64,000 bases of DNA, from assembly GCF_988242995.1 (NCBI RefSeq), contig NZ_OZ547043.1; one strand, 5' to 3'. Under the pieces are notes generated by a model. It was not told the DNA's origin. It saw only the letters and a list, made by a program, of their open reading frames with translations, and searched no databases. Positions 34,401 to 43,105 of the stretch are shown here, piece by piece (position 1 is the first letter of the stretch; each line of letters starts with the position of its first letter). A program made the position numbers and the translations under genes.

Positions 34401-34952
34401 AATGGCGATATAGCCGTTCAGGGCAACCAGCTTCTGCTGTTGTGCTTCGACTTCTGCCTGACTCTGCGCTTTTTCTCGCACCTGCTGTTCAAGCTGTTGT
34501 TTTAGCGTCAGCACTTCCTGGTGATAGAGGTTTTCACCACGTTCCGGCAACACAAACACCGGCACCGGGAAGTCATAATCTTTAGTGACCAGACGGTAGT
34601 ACCAGACAGCCAGGCGAAACCCGAGTCGCAGGCACATCTGGGCATCGTCGAGATCGTTATGATATTCGTGCACCGCCTGGTTACCAATGCGGCGTAATTT
34701 GTGGAATACAGAGAGAATGTTGTCATCAACGAAGGCGATTTTGCCGAGTTCGCGCAGGAGATCGTGTTGATTCTCACAAGGGGGGATGTTGAGTAACAGA
34801 CCAAGATGTTTCGCTGTGGCTTCGCCAAACATACGCATTTTAATCAGCGTCGTGTTGGGATCATCCGGGTAGTTATTTTCCGCCGCACAGGCGATGGCAT
34901 AGGTAAAGTCGTTGACGCCCTTCAGGAATTCAAAATTGGATTTATTCATCAT
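31440..34952 (-). CDS. hsdR: Type I R-M restriction endonuclease/translocase HsdR
   Basis: 1170-aa ORF; SF2 motifs (Walker A MATGTGKT, DEAH VVDEAHR); N-terminal nuclease region. Confidence 0.95.
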   Translation of the reverse strand: MMNKSNFEFLKGVNDFTYAIACAAENNYPDDPNTTLIKMRMFGEATAKHLGLLLNIPPCENQHDLLRELGKIAFVDDNILSVFHKLRRIGNQAVHEYHNDLDDAQMCLRLGFRLAVWYYRLVTKDYDFPVPVFVLPERGENLYHQEVLTLKQQLEQQVREKAQSQAEVEAQQQKLVALNGYIAILEGKQQETEAQTQARLAALEAQLAEKNAELAKQTEQERKAYHKEITDQAIKRTLNLSEEESRFLIDAQLRKAGWQADSKTLRFSKGARPEPGVNKAIAEWPTGKDETGNQGFADYVLFVGLKPIAVVEAKRKNIDVPGKLNESYRYSKCFDNGFLRETLLEHYSPDEVHEAVPEYETSWQDTSGQQRFKIPFCYSTNGREYRAAMKIKSGIWYRDVRDTRNMSKALPEWHRPEELLEMLGSEPQKQNQWFADNPGMSELGLRYYQEDAVRAVEKAIVKGQQEILLAMATGTGKTRTAIAMMFRLIQSQRFKRILFLVDRRSLGEQALGAFEDTRINGDTFNSIFDIKGLTDKFPEDSTKIHVATVQSLVKRTLQSDEPMPVARYDCIVVDEAHRGYILDKEQTEGELQFRSQLDYVSAYRRILDHFDAVKIALTATPALHTVQIFGEPVYRYTYRTAVIDGFLIDQDPPIQITTRNAQEGVYLSKGEQVERISPQGEVINDTLEDDQDFEVADFNRGLVIPAFNRAVCNELTNYLDPTGSQKTLVFCVTNAHADMVVEELRTAFKKKYPQLEHDAIIKITGDADKDARKVQTMITRFNKERLPNIVVTVDLLTTGVDIPSICNIVFLRKVRSRILYEQMKGRATRLCPEVNKTSFKIFDCVDIYSTLESVDTMRPVVVRPKVELQTLVNEITDSETYKITEADGRSFAEHSHEQLVAKLQRIIGLATFNRDRSETIDKQVRRLDELCQDAAGVNFNGFASRLREKGPHWSAEVFNKLPGFIARLEKLKTDINNLNDAPIFLDIDDEVVSVKSLYGDYDTPQDFLEAFDSLVQRSPNAQPALQAVINRPRDLTRKGLVELQEWFDRQHFEESSLRKAWQETRNEDIAARLIGHIRRAAVGDALKPFEERVDHALTRIKGENDWSSEQLSWLDRLAQALKEKVVLDDDVFKTGNFHRRGGKAMLQRTFDDNLDNLLDKFSDYIWDELA

Positions 34953-35139
34953 TGTTATTAATCCATTGCTGTGTGGGCCTGTCCAAATATTTAAGGCCCA
35001 TAACGCCTTATCTTAGCTTTCTGTACCTTTCCGGGCAATGACCACGGTCACAGCAACTGACTCATTTCTAACGTGTTCGTCTATTTTGGTAGTGTTATAG
35101 TAGCCGAAAAACATCTACCTGATTCTGCAAGGATGTACT

Positions 35140-36054
35140 ATGACGGTTCCTACCTATGACAAATTTATTGAACCTGTTCTGCGTTATCTGGCGACAAAAC
35201 CGGAAGGTGCAGCCGCGCGTGATGTTCATGAGGCTGCCGCGGATGCATTAGGACTGGATGACAGCCAGCGAGCGAAAGTCATTACCAGCGGACAACTTGT
35301 TTATAAAAATCGTGCAGGCTGGGCGCATGACCGTTTAAAACGTGCCGGGTTGTCGCAAAGTTTGTCGCGTGGCAAATGGTGCCTGACTCCTGCGGGTTTT
35401 GACTGGGTTGCGTCTCATCCCCAGCCAATGACGGAGCAGGAGACGAACCATCTGGCCTTCGATTTTGTGAATGTCAAACTTAAGTCACGGCCGGATGCCG
35501 TCGATTTAGATCCGAAAGCCGACTCTCCCGATCATGAAGAACTTGCAAAGAGCAGCCCGGACGATCGGTTAGATCAGGCGCTAAAAGAGCTTCGTGATGC
35601 GGTGGCTGATGAGGTTCTGGAAAACTTATTGCAGGTTTCTCCTTCGCGCTTTGAAGTCATTGTTCTGGATGTTTTGCATCGCCTGGGGTATGGCGGCCAC
35701 CGTGATGATTTGCAGCGTGTTGGCGGTACTGGAGATGGTGGCATCGATGGTGTGATATCGCTTGATAAACTTGGCCTGGAGAAAGTTTATGTTCAGGCAA
35801 AACGTTGGCAGAACACTGTAGGCAGGCCAGAATTACAGGCATTTTACGGCGCACTGGCTGGGCAAAAGGCGAAACGTGGGGTGTTTATTACCACTTCTGG
35901 ATTTACGTCTCAGGCGCGTGACTTTGCTCAATCCGTCGAGGGTATGGTGTTGGTTGATGGGGAACGCCTGGTGCACTTAATGATCGAAAACGAAGTAGGG
36001 GTTTCTTCACGTTTGTTGAAGGTGCCGAAACTGGATATGGACTATTTTGAGTGA
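35140..36054 (+). CDS. mrr: Mrr, type IV methylated-DNA restriction endonuclease
   Basis: 304-aa ORF; N-terminal winged-helix and C-terminal Mrr catalytic region; synteny next to hsdR. Confidence 0.9.
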   Translation: MTVPTYDKFIEPVLRYLATKPEGAAARDVHEAAADALGLDDSQRAKVITSGQLVYKNRAGWAHDRLKRAGLSQSLSRGKWCLTPAGFDWVASHPQPMTEQETNHLAFDFVNVKLKSRPDAVDLDPKADSPDHEELAKSSPDDRLDQALKELRDAVADEVLENLLQVSPSRFEVIVLDVLHRLGYGGHRDDLQRVGGTGDGGIDGVISLDKLGLEKVYVQAKRWQNTVGRPELQAFYGALAGQKAKRGVFITTSGFTSQARDFAQSVEGMVLVDGERLVHLMIENEVGVSSRLLKVPKLDMDYFE

Positions 36055-36060
36055 AATATC

Positions 36061-36091
36061 AGGCCGGATGCGGCTGCGCCTTATCCGGCCC
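36061..36091. repeat. REP element between mrr and yjiA
   Basis: AGGCCGGATGCGGCTGCGCCTTATCCGGCCC matches the REP consensus (GCCGGATGCGGCG...CCTTATCCGGCCTAC). Confidence 0.65.
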
Positions 36092-36099
36092 ATAACCCC

Positions 36100-37056
36100 T
36101 TACTTCCTCAACCCCGCAAACGCCGCCCGAATCTCTTCCTCCGGCAACTGAATCCCGATAAACACCATTGTGCTATGCGGTTTTTCATCGCCCCACGGGC
36201 GGTCCCAGTCGGCGCTGTAGAGGCGCTGGACGCCCTGGAACAGCAGGCGGTTAGGTTCGCCGTCAATCCACAGCATCCCTTTGTAACGCAGCAGTTTATC
36301 TGCCGATTCCAGCAGCAGGTTTTCCATCACCCGGGAAACTACGCTGATATCTACCGGGTAATCCAGTTCCACCACAATCGACGAAATATCGTTTTGTTTG
36401 TCCGCGATAAAGTGGAAACGCGGTTTGGTGCTGACGACATTCTCTTCCAGCATAAAACCGTTGGTGTTGAACAGCAGACCCAGGTCGATGTCGCCGTGGG
36501 TGACGGTGTAGACCGGTGCGCGGGCATTGATGCGTGCCAGACGTTCACGCAGTTTCTCTGCTTCGCCTGCGACGTCGGTTTTAGTCAGCAGAATACGGTC
36601 GGCGTAGCCAACCTGGGACTGGGCGATGGTGAACTGGTTCATCTGCTCATCGGCATGTACCGCATCCACCAGCGCAATCACGCCGTCCAGCAGGTAACGC
36701 TGGCATAAAATCTCATGGGAGAAAAAGGTCTGAATAATCGGGCCAGGATCGGCCATGCCGGTGCATTCAATGACCAGACGATCGAACTGAATATTGCCCT
36801 TGTCGAGATTATCCAGCAGGTCGAGTAGTGCGTCTTCCAGCTCGTTGGAGCGCGAACAGCAGATGCAGCCGTTGGTCAGCGTTTTGATCTGCGTGGCGCG
36901 GTCGCCAATCAGTTGATCATCAACGGAGACTTCGCCGAATTCGTTTTCAATCACGGCAATCTTGTAGCCGTGTTGTTCATTAAGAATATGGCGCAGCAGG
37001 GTGGTTTTGCCCGCGCCTAAAAAACCGGTGAGTAGGGTAACTGCAATCGGGTTCAT
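36100..37056 (-). CDS. yjiA: COG0523/CobW-family P-loop GTPase YjiA (zinc-binding)
   Basis: Start at internal ATG 37056 gives 318 aa (MNPIAVTLLTGFLGAGKTTLLRHIL); Walker A GFLGAGKTT; CxCC metal motif (GCICCS). Confidence 0.85.
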   Translation of the reverse strand: MNPIAVTLLTGFLGAGKTTLLRHILNEQHGYKIAVIENEFGEVSVDDQLIGDRATQIKTLTNGCICCSRSNELEDALLDLLDNLDKGNIQFDRLVIECTGMADPGPIIQTFFSHEILCQRYLLDGVIALVDAVHADEQMNQFTIAQSQVGYADRILLTKTDVAGEAEKLRERLARINARAPVYTVTHGDIDLGLLFNTNGFMLEENVVSTKPRFHFIADKQNDISSIVVELDYPVDISVVSRVMENLLLESADKLLRYKGMLWIDGEPNRLLFQGVQRLYSADWDRPWGDEKPHSTMVFIGIQLPEEEIRAAFAGLRK

Positions 37057-37066
37057 GCTCTCTCCA

Positions 37067-37270
37067 TTAACAACAGCGCATACCGCCTTTACCATCGCCG
37101 CCGTAGCGCGCGTTCTGGCGTTCGCGGAAGAATTCTTCATAGCTCATGTACGGCTTGTCGGGATGGTTGGTCTTCATATGCTCGACGTAGTTGTCGTAGT
37201 CTGGAATGCCAATCAACATCTTCGCCGCCTGGCCGAGATATTTTTTTGCCTGTCCTAAGTTACCAAACAT
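37067..37270 (-). CDS. yjiX: DUF466-family small protein YjiX (67 aa)
   Basis: 67-aa ORF ([58 protein letters not shown]...), immediately downstream of btsT. Confidence 0.8.
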
Positions 37271-37319
37271 AGTTCACTCTGATAAGAACAAAGCCCCGCC
37301 GAAGCGGGGCTAAACACGG

Positions 37320-39470
37320 TTAGTGGTGCGAAGAGATCTTCACGCCGCCTTCCGGGATTGGAACGTACGGTGTTTCTTTGTCAGTACGTTTGTCGCTGTT
37401 ACGCACCGCAAGCCAGGTTTTGAAACCGTAGAAGATGATGCTGTACACCACAATCAGGAACAGAATACTCAGGCCTGCGTTGGTGTAGTTGTTCACAACG
37501 ATGTGGTTCATGTTGGCAATCTGCTGCGCCGTCAGGTCAGTACCGTTAGCAATCTTCTCTTTGTACTGGCTTGCCATGTAGAAGAAGCCTTCCATCTGCG
37601 GGTTGGTGCTGAACAGTTTCAGACCCAGCGCCCAGGTGGTGCAGATAAGCAGCCATACAGCCGGAACAACAGTTACCCAGATGTATTGGGTGCGCTTCAT
37701 CTTAATCAGCACAACGGTGCCCAGTACCAGCGCTACGGCTGCCAGCATCTGGTTGGAAATACCGAACAGCGGCCACAGGCTCTTAACGCCGCCCAGCGGA
37801 TCGACCACGCCCTGATACAGCAGGTAGCCCCACAGACCCACACAGCCCGCAGTACCGATGATACCGGCAACCAGAGAGTCGGTTTTTTTCAGGAACGGGA
37901 TGAAGTTACCCAGCAGGTCTTGCAGCATAAAGCGGCCAGAACGGGTACCCGCATCCAGCGCGGTCAGGATGAACAGGGCTTCGAACAGAATACCGAAGTG
38001 ATACCAGAAGCCCATGTCAGCCATCGGCAGCACTTTGTGGAACACGTGAGCGATACCTACCGCCAGCGTTGGCGCACCACCTGCACGGTTCAGGACAGAA
38101 GGCTCACCAATGTCTTTCGCGGTTTGCAGGATCTGCTCTGGCGAAATCACGAAGCCCCAGGAGCTGACGGTCGCCGCCGCGTGTGCGGTAACGTCTTTCA
38201 GCTGCGCCATGATGATCGGCGCATTCTCGCCACCCATTTCATGCAGGTTAGGCATGGTAATGCCAAGGCCAGCAGGCGGGGTGTTCATCGCGAAGTAAAG
38301 ACCCGGTTCGATGATGGACGCAGCAACCAGCGCCATAATCGCCACGAAGGACTCCATCAGCATTGCGCCGTAGCCAATGAAACGCGCGTCGGTTTCGTTA
38401 GCCAGCAGTTTCGGAGTCGTACCGGAAGAGATCAGCGCGTGGAAGCCAGATACCGCACCACAGGCGATGGTGATGAACAGGAACGGGAACAGAGCGCCTT
38501 TCCACAGCGGGCCAGTACCGTCAATGTACTGGGTCATCGCAGGCATTTTCAGTTCCGGGTTCAGCACCACAATACCCAGCGCCAGGCCGACGATAACGCC
38601 GATTTTCAGGAAGGTTGCCAGATAGTCGCGCGGTGCGAGGATCAGCCACACCGGCAGCAGTGCGGAAACAAACGCATAGCCAATCAGCGCGAAGGTAATG
38701 GTGGTGTCTTTAAAGGTCAGTGCCGGACCCCAGTACGGATCGTGAGCAATCACGCCACCGAAGTAGATAGAGGCAACCAGCAGCACGATACCAATGACAG
38801 AGACTTCACCCACACGCCCCGGACGGATAAAGCGCATGTAGATACCCATAAACAGCGCAATCGGTACGGTTGAGCAAACGGTGAAAACACCCCACGGGCT
38901 TTCGGCCAGGGCTTTAACCACAATCAGCGCCAGGACGGCAAGGATGATGATCATGATTAAGAAACAGCCAAACAGCGCGATAGTCCCCGGTACTGGTCCC
39001 ATCTCTTCTTTGATCATCTCACCGAGAGATGCGCCGTTACGGCGAGAGGAGATAAACAGCACCATAAAGTCCTGTACCGCACCGGCCAGTACTACCCCCG
39101 CCAGCAGCCACAGCGTGCCAGGTAGGTAGCCCATCTGCGCGGCGAGAACCGGACCAACCAGCGGACCAGCACCGGCGATAGCGGCGAAGTGGTGACCAAA
39201 CAACACGTAACGGTTGGTCGGAACGTAGTTCAGACCGTCGTTGTTAATAACCGCAGGCGTCGCGCGCGTGGGGTCGAGTTTCATCACCTTCTGGGCGATA
39301 TACAAACTGTAGTAGCGATACGCCACCAGATACACCGACACAGAGGCGACCACGATCCACAGGGCGCTGACGTGCTCCCCCCGACGTAATGCAACTACCG
39401 CGAGGCAGAATGCACCGATGATTCCGAGAATCACCCAGGGTATGTGCTTGAATAGTTTTTTCGTATCCAT
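37320..39470 (-). CDS. btsT: CstA-family pyruvate/H+ symporter BtsT (YjiY)
   Basis: ORF-track 721 aa; start at ATG 39470 gives 716 aa (MDTKKLFKHIPWVILGIIGAF...); polytopic membrane protein. Confidence 0.9.
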   Translation of the reverse strand: MDTKKLFKHIPWVILGIIGAFCLAVVALRRGEHVSALWIVVASVSVYLVAYRYYSLYIAQKVMKLDPTRATPAVINNDGLNYVPTNRYVLFGHHFAAIAGAGPLVGPVLAAQMGYLPGTLWLLAGVVLAGAVQDFMVLFISSRRNGASLGEMIKEEMGPVPGTIALFGCFLIMIIILAVLALIVVKALAESPWGVFTVCSTVPIALFMGIYMRFIRPGRVGEVSVIGIVLLVASIYFGGVIAHDPYWGPALTFKDTTITFALIGYAFVSALLPVWLILAPRDYLATFLKIGVIVGLALGIVVLNPELKMPAMTQYIDGTGPLWKGALFPFLFITIACGAVSGFHALISSGTTPKLLANETDARFIGYGAMLMESFVAIMALVAASIIEPGLYFAMNTPPAGLGITMPNLHEMGGENAPIIMAQLKDVTAHAAATVSSWGFVISPEQILQTAKDIGEPSVLNRAGGAPTLAVGIAHVFHKVLPMADMGFWYHFGILFEALFILTALDAGTRSGRFMLQDLLGNFIPFLKKTDSLVAGIIGTAGCVGLWGYLLYQGVVDPLGGVKSLWPLFGISNQMLAAVALVLGTVVLIKMKRTQYIWVTVVPAVWLLICTTWALGLKLFSTNPQMEGFFYMASQYKEKIANGTDLTAQQIANMNHIVVNNYTNAGLSILFLIVVYSIIFYGFKTWLAVRNSDKRTDKETPYVPIPEGGVKISSHH

Positions 39471-39862
39471 AGTAAAACCTGGCATTTTACTCGTCGTCTT
39501 TTGGCTTACAGGTGCGGCAGCTGCGTTCGTTCACCCCTGTCACTTACTGTTGCAAGCTCCCGGGGATTCACTCACTTGCTGCCTTCCTGCAAACCAAAAT
39601 CCATAGAGTAATTTGTTAATCATAGGCCGAAGCCGTTCTAGGTTTGCGTTGCGTTTGAGGAGGTAAATTGACCGCTATCCTGCAGTGATGTTGCCAGAGA
39701 TACGCGCGCGTAAAGTAAGGTAAATAACTGAGTGGTTATTTTAGGGATGTAAGCGGTCAGGAATGGCGGTGAGCGGTTGGGCAAGAATTATTCATCGGGT
39801 GGATATGTGATTGAGATCACAATAAAAATGCCCCTTCGACGAATGCGTGAAGGGGCTGGAGC

Positions 39863-40375
39863 TTAAATCGCAGCTTCCATTTCCAGCATCACCGGATGGA
39901 AACGGCGTTTAAAGTAGATAAGTCCGTGACCTTCTGCACTGAGGATGATGTTTTTAATCTCCACCAGATACACCAGATGTGTGCCAATTGCCTGCACATC
40001 GCGGATCTCACCTTCAAGACTGGCCAGCGAACCTTTTAGCACCGGCTGCGCCAGCGGACCTTTTTGCCAGCATGAGAGGCTAAAACGCTCTTCCATCGCC
40101 ATGCCCGTCATGCCCGCGAAGTGGCGTGCCATCAGTTCCTGCTCATGGTTGAGGACGTTGACGCACAACTTGCCGTTGCCCTGAAAAACCGGGTTCATCG
40201 CACTGTTGGCGTTAATGCACACCATCAGCGATGGTGGTGTATCCGTGACCGAGCAGACGGCCGTTGCCGTAATCCCGCATTGTCCGGCGTCGCCCTCGGT
40301 GGTGATAATATTTACCGCTGCCGACAGGCTGGCCATCGCGTCACGAAAGCGCAGGCGTTGTTCATCTAATTGCAT
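39863..40375 (-). CDS. hpaC: 4-hydroxyphenylacetate 3-monooxygenase reductase component HpaC (flavin:NADH reductase)
   Basis: 170-aa ORF; flavin-reductase fold; directly downstream of hpaB. Confidence 0.9.
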   Translation of the reverse strand: MQLDEQRLRFRDAMASLSAAVNIITTEGDAGQCGITATAVCSVTDTPPSLMVCINANSAMNPVFQGNGKLCVNVLNHEQELMARHFAGMTGMAMEERFSLSCWQKGPLAQPVLKGSLASLEGEIRDVQAIGTHLVYLVEIKNIILSAEGHGLIYFKRRFHPVMLEMEAAI

Positions 40376-40392
40376 CTTAACCTCCTGCTGCG

Positions 40393-41955
40393 TTATTTCA
40401 GCAGCTTATCCAGCATGTTGATATCGTCGTTGTTGTGCAGGTGAGGCACAGTCCAGCCGTTCTGGTCGTATTCCGACAGGCAGCGATCAACCATCGCCAT
40501 CATCTTGTCCATATTGCCGGAGCTTTGTGCCTGGCGCAGACACTGCAGGCGAATCTCATCCTGGCTACCGGAGTAGTTGATTTCATACAGTTCGTGACGA
40601 CCACCAAACTCGCTGCCAATGGCATCCCACATCAGTTTGAGGATCTTGATGCGCTGGACGTGATCCATACCGTTCGAACCGCGCACATACTTCGCCAGAT
40701 ACTGGTCGATCTGCGGATTGTTCAGGTCACGGGCACTGGAAGGGAGATAGATCAGGCCACTGGTAACGTTGCGTTCGATAATGTTTTTGATCTTCGCGTA
40801 GGCCATTGGTGCCAGTACGCGATAGGTTTGCAGTGCGGCATGATCCGGTAAATAAGCCCCGTTGACCCACGGCGTCGCTTCAGAACACATCGAGTCACTC
40901 AATGCCCAGAAGGTGTTGCGCCACGCCACCACTTCACCGAGATCGGCCTGCACACCACGGAACTCCAGGGTGCCGGTACATTCGAGTGATTTTTTCAGCA
41001 GTGCCGTAATGAAGTCGAGTTTCACTGCCAGGCGCACACAGGCTTGCAGCGGATACATACGGGCGAAACCGCCTTCCATCGTCCAGCGACGGCAGCGATC
41101 AAAATCGCGGTAGATCAGCACGTTTTCCCATGGGATCAGCACGTTATCCATCACCAGAATCGCATCGTTCTCATCGAAGCGGCTGGAGAGCGGGTAGTCA
41201 TACGGTGAGCCGGTAGCACCCGCGACCATCTCATAAGAGGCGCGGGAGATTAATTTGACGCCATCGGCATCCATTGGCGCAACGAACATCAGTGCGAAGT
41301 CCGGGTTTTCGCCCATTACTTGTGCCGAGCCGAAGCCAATCATGTTGTAGTGAGTCAGCGCCGAGTTGGTGGCAACCACTTTCGCACCGCTGACGATAAT
41401 CCCGGCGTCAGTCTCTTTTTCCAGCTTGATGTAAACGTCTTTTACTTTATCGGTCGGCAAATGACGATCGATCGGTGGGTTAACAATCGCGTGGTTAAAG
41501 TAGAGGCCAGTTTCCTGAATACGGGTGTACCAGTTACGGGCGTTCTGCTCGAACTGACCGTAAAAGCCCGGATTCGCGCCCAGTGCGCAACCGAAAGCAG
41601 CTTTGTAGTCTGGGGTACGGCCCATCCAGCCATAGCTCAGGCGTGACCACTCAGCGATGGCGTCGCGTTGCTGGCGCAGGTCGTCGGCACTTTTCGCCAC
41701 GCGGAAGAATTTATGGGTATAGCCGCCGCTGCCGGTGTCGGTGTTCCAGCACAGAGAGTCCTGCATCTCCGGTTTGTGCAGTGCGTCGTACAGCTGGGCA
41801 ACAGACGCTGCCGCATTACGAAATGCCGGATGAGTGGTGACGTCTTTCACTCGCTCGCCATAGATATAGATCTCGCGACCATCCTGCAGGCTTTTCAGAT
41901 ACTCTTCCCCGGTGAACGGACGTTGGGTACTGGCGCGGAAATCTTCTGGTTTCAT
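40393..41955 (-). CDS. hpaB: 4-hydroxyphenylacetate 3-monooxygenase oxygenase component HpaB
   Basis: 520-aa ORF; two-component flavin-dependent monooxygenase family; matches HpaB length. Confidence 0.95.
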   Translation of the reverse strand: MKPEDFRASTQRPFTGEEYLKSLQDGREIYIYGERVKDVTTHPAFRNAAASVAQLYDALHKPEMQDSLCWNTDTGSGGYTHKFFRVAKSADDLRQQRDAIAEWSRLSYGWMGRTPDYKAAFGCALGANPGFYGQFEQNARNWYTRIQETGLYFNHAIVNPPIDRHLPTDKVKDVYIKLEKETDAGIIVSGAKVVATNSALTHYNMIGFGSAQVMGENPDFALMFVAPMDADGVKLISRASYEMVAGATGSPYDYPLSSRFDENDAILVMDNVLIPWENVLIYRDFDRCRRWTMEGGFARMYPLQACVRLAVKLDFITALLKKSLECTGTLEFRGVQADLGEVVAWRNTFWALSDSMCSEATPWVNGAYLPDHAALQTYRVLAPMAYAKIKNIIERNVTSGLIYLPSSARDLNNPQIDQYLAKYVRGSNGMDHVQRIKILKLMWDAIGSEFGGRHELYEINYSGSQDEIRLQCLRQAQSSGNMDKMMAMVDRCLSEYDQNGWTVPHLHNNDDINMLDKLLK

Positions 41956-42205
41956 GTCGACCTCTACAGTATTAATCGGAATACGATTGTTAATTTTGTG
42001 TGTTGTTTTTGTTATTCAATTGAAGCTTGCAGGGGCGATTACGGGAAGACACTTTTGGGACAATGGCTGGTACTTTTCAGGTCGGGTACGGTTTTGTGAT
42101 CGAGGTCGCTTTTAGCGATTTTTGACGTTACTAAATCCCCTTGCTCCAGGCGGAGAAAGGGGAATAGCAGGTGGTGCCTGGTTTCCCGTTAAGACTAAGG
42201 GATTT

Positions 42206-43096
42206 TCACGTCACAGGTACTTTTTTGGCACGATAAGCACTGGGCGAGCAACCGACTAAGCGATTAAAAAAGCGCGCAAAATAAGCTGGATCCTTAAAAC
42301 CGAGTTGCCAGGCAATATTGTTCACGGCGTTATCAGAAAACAGCAGCAGCCGCTTGGCTTCTCGCAGCTGCCTGTCGAAAATCAACCGTTTTGGCGGACG
42401 GTTGGCAAAGCGGCGGCAGATGTCCGTGAGGCGTGATTCGGTGATATGCAGTTCGTTAGCGTAATCCGGTACTGTCCAGTGCTGATGAAAATGGCTTTCA
42501 ATCAGCATATTAAAACGCTGGAACAGTTTTAATTCTCCGCGCATTCCGCTGGCGGCATGGTCGTCGAGTTTTGCGTTACGCAGCAGTAGGGTGAACACTG
42601 CCTGTGCCAGTAACGTCAGGGTGTGTTCCCGTCCAGGCAGTTGTTCTACCGATTCCCGCTCTATCAGTTGCCAATAGTGTTCCAGCGCCGCCAGTTCGTC
42701 GGGTTTATCTGCCAGTGACAGGCAAATCCCCGGCAGGCCGAAGGTTTCCCGAGTGCCCGGATAAAGAACTTCCAGCAGGGGCCAGATCAGATCTTCCCGT
42801 ACCGTCAACACATGACCGTCGGCGTCAGACTCCGTAATAAACGCATGAGGTACTGACGGCGGCGTCAGGACAAACAGGGGCGCTTCCACCGAGTAGCGAT
42901 GATCGTCAAGTTGTAGCTCAATCTGTCCGCTATTGAGGAAATGCATCTGAAAGTACTGTTCGTGGCGATGTGGCAGCATATGGCGGCCAAAAAATGCCGC
43001 CATGCGGGCGAACGACTGATAATGCACATCGTCCGTGCCCAGGCTTTCATCGTACTCTTTGCTGATATCAATATTGGCAATCTGACGGTCACACAT
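42206..43096 (-). CDS. hpaA: AraC/XylS-family activator HpaA of the hpaBC operon
   Basis: 296-aa ORF; C-terminal AraC-type HTH (NNIAWQLGFKDPAYFARFFNRLVGCSPSAYR); N-terminal cupin-like effector domain. Confidence 0.85.
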   Translation of the reverse strand: MCDRQIANIDISKEYDESLGTDDVHYQSFARMAAFFGRHMLPHRHEQYFQMHFLNSGQIELQLDDHRYSVEAPLFVLTPPSVPHAFITESDADGHVLTVREDLIWPLLEVLYPGTRETFGLPGICLSLADKPDELAALEHYWQLIERESVEQLPGREHTLTLLAQAVFTLLLRNAKLDDHAASGMRGELKLFQRFNMLIESHFHQHWTVPDYANELHITESRLTDICRRFANRPPKRLIFDRQLREAKRLLLFSDNAVNNIAWQLGFKDPAYFARFFNRLVGCSPSAYRAKKVPVT

Positions 43097-43105
43097 CGTC
43101 GTTCC

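Noticed and set aside
33915-34505. 196-aa ORF on the plus strand (also 33222-33725)
   Set aside because: Antisense inside hsdR, whose frame carries the helicase motifs; treated as a shadow ORF.
37323-38873. 516-aa ORF on the plus strand
   Set aside because: Entirely antisense within btsT; Arg/Gly/His-rich translation typical of a spurious frame in GC-rich coding DNA.
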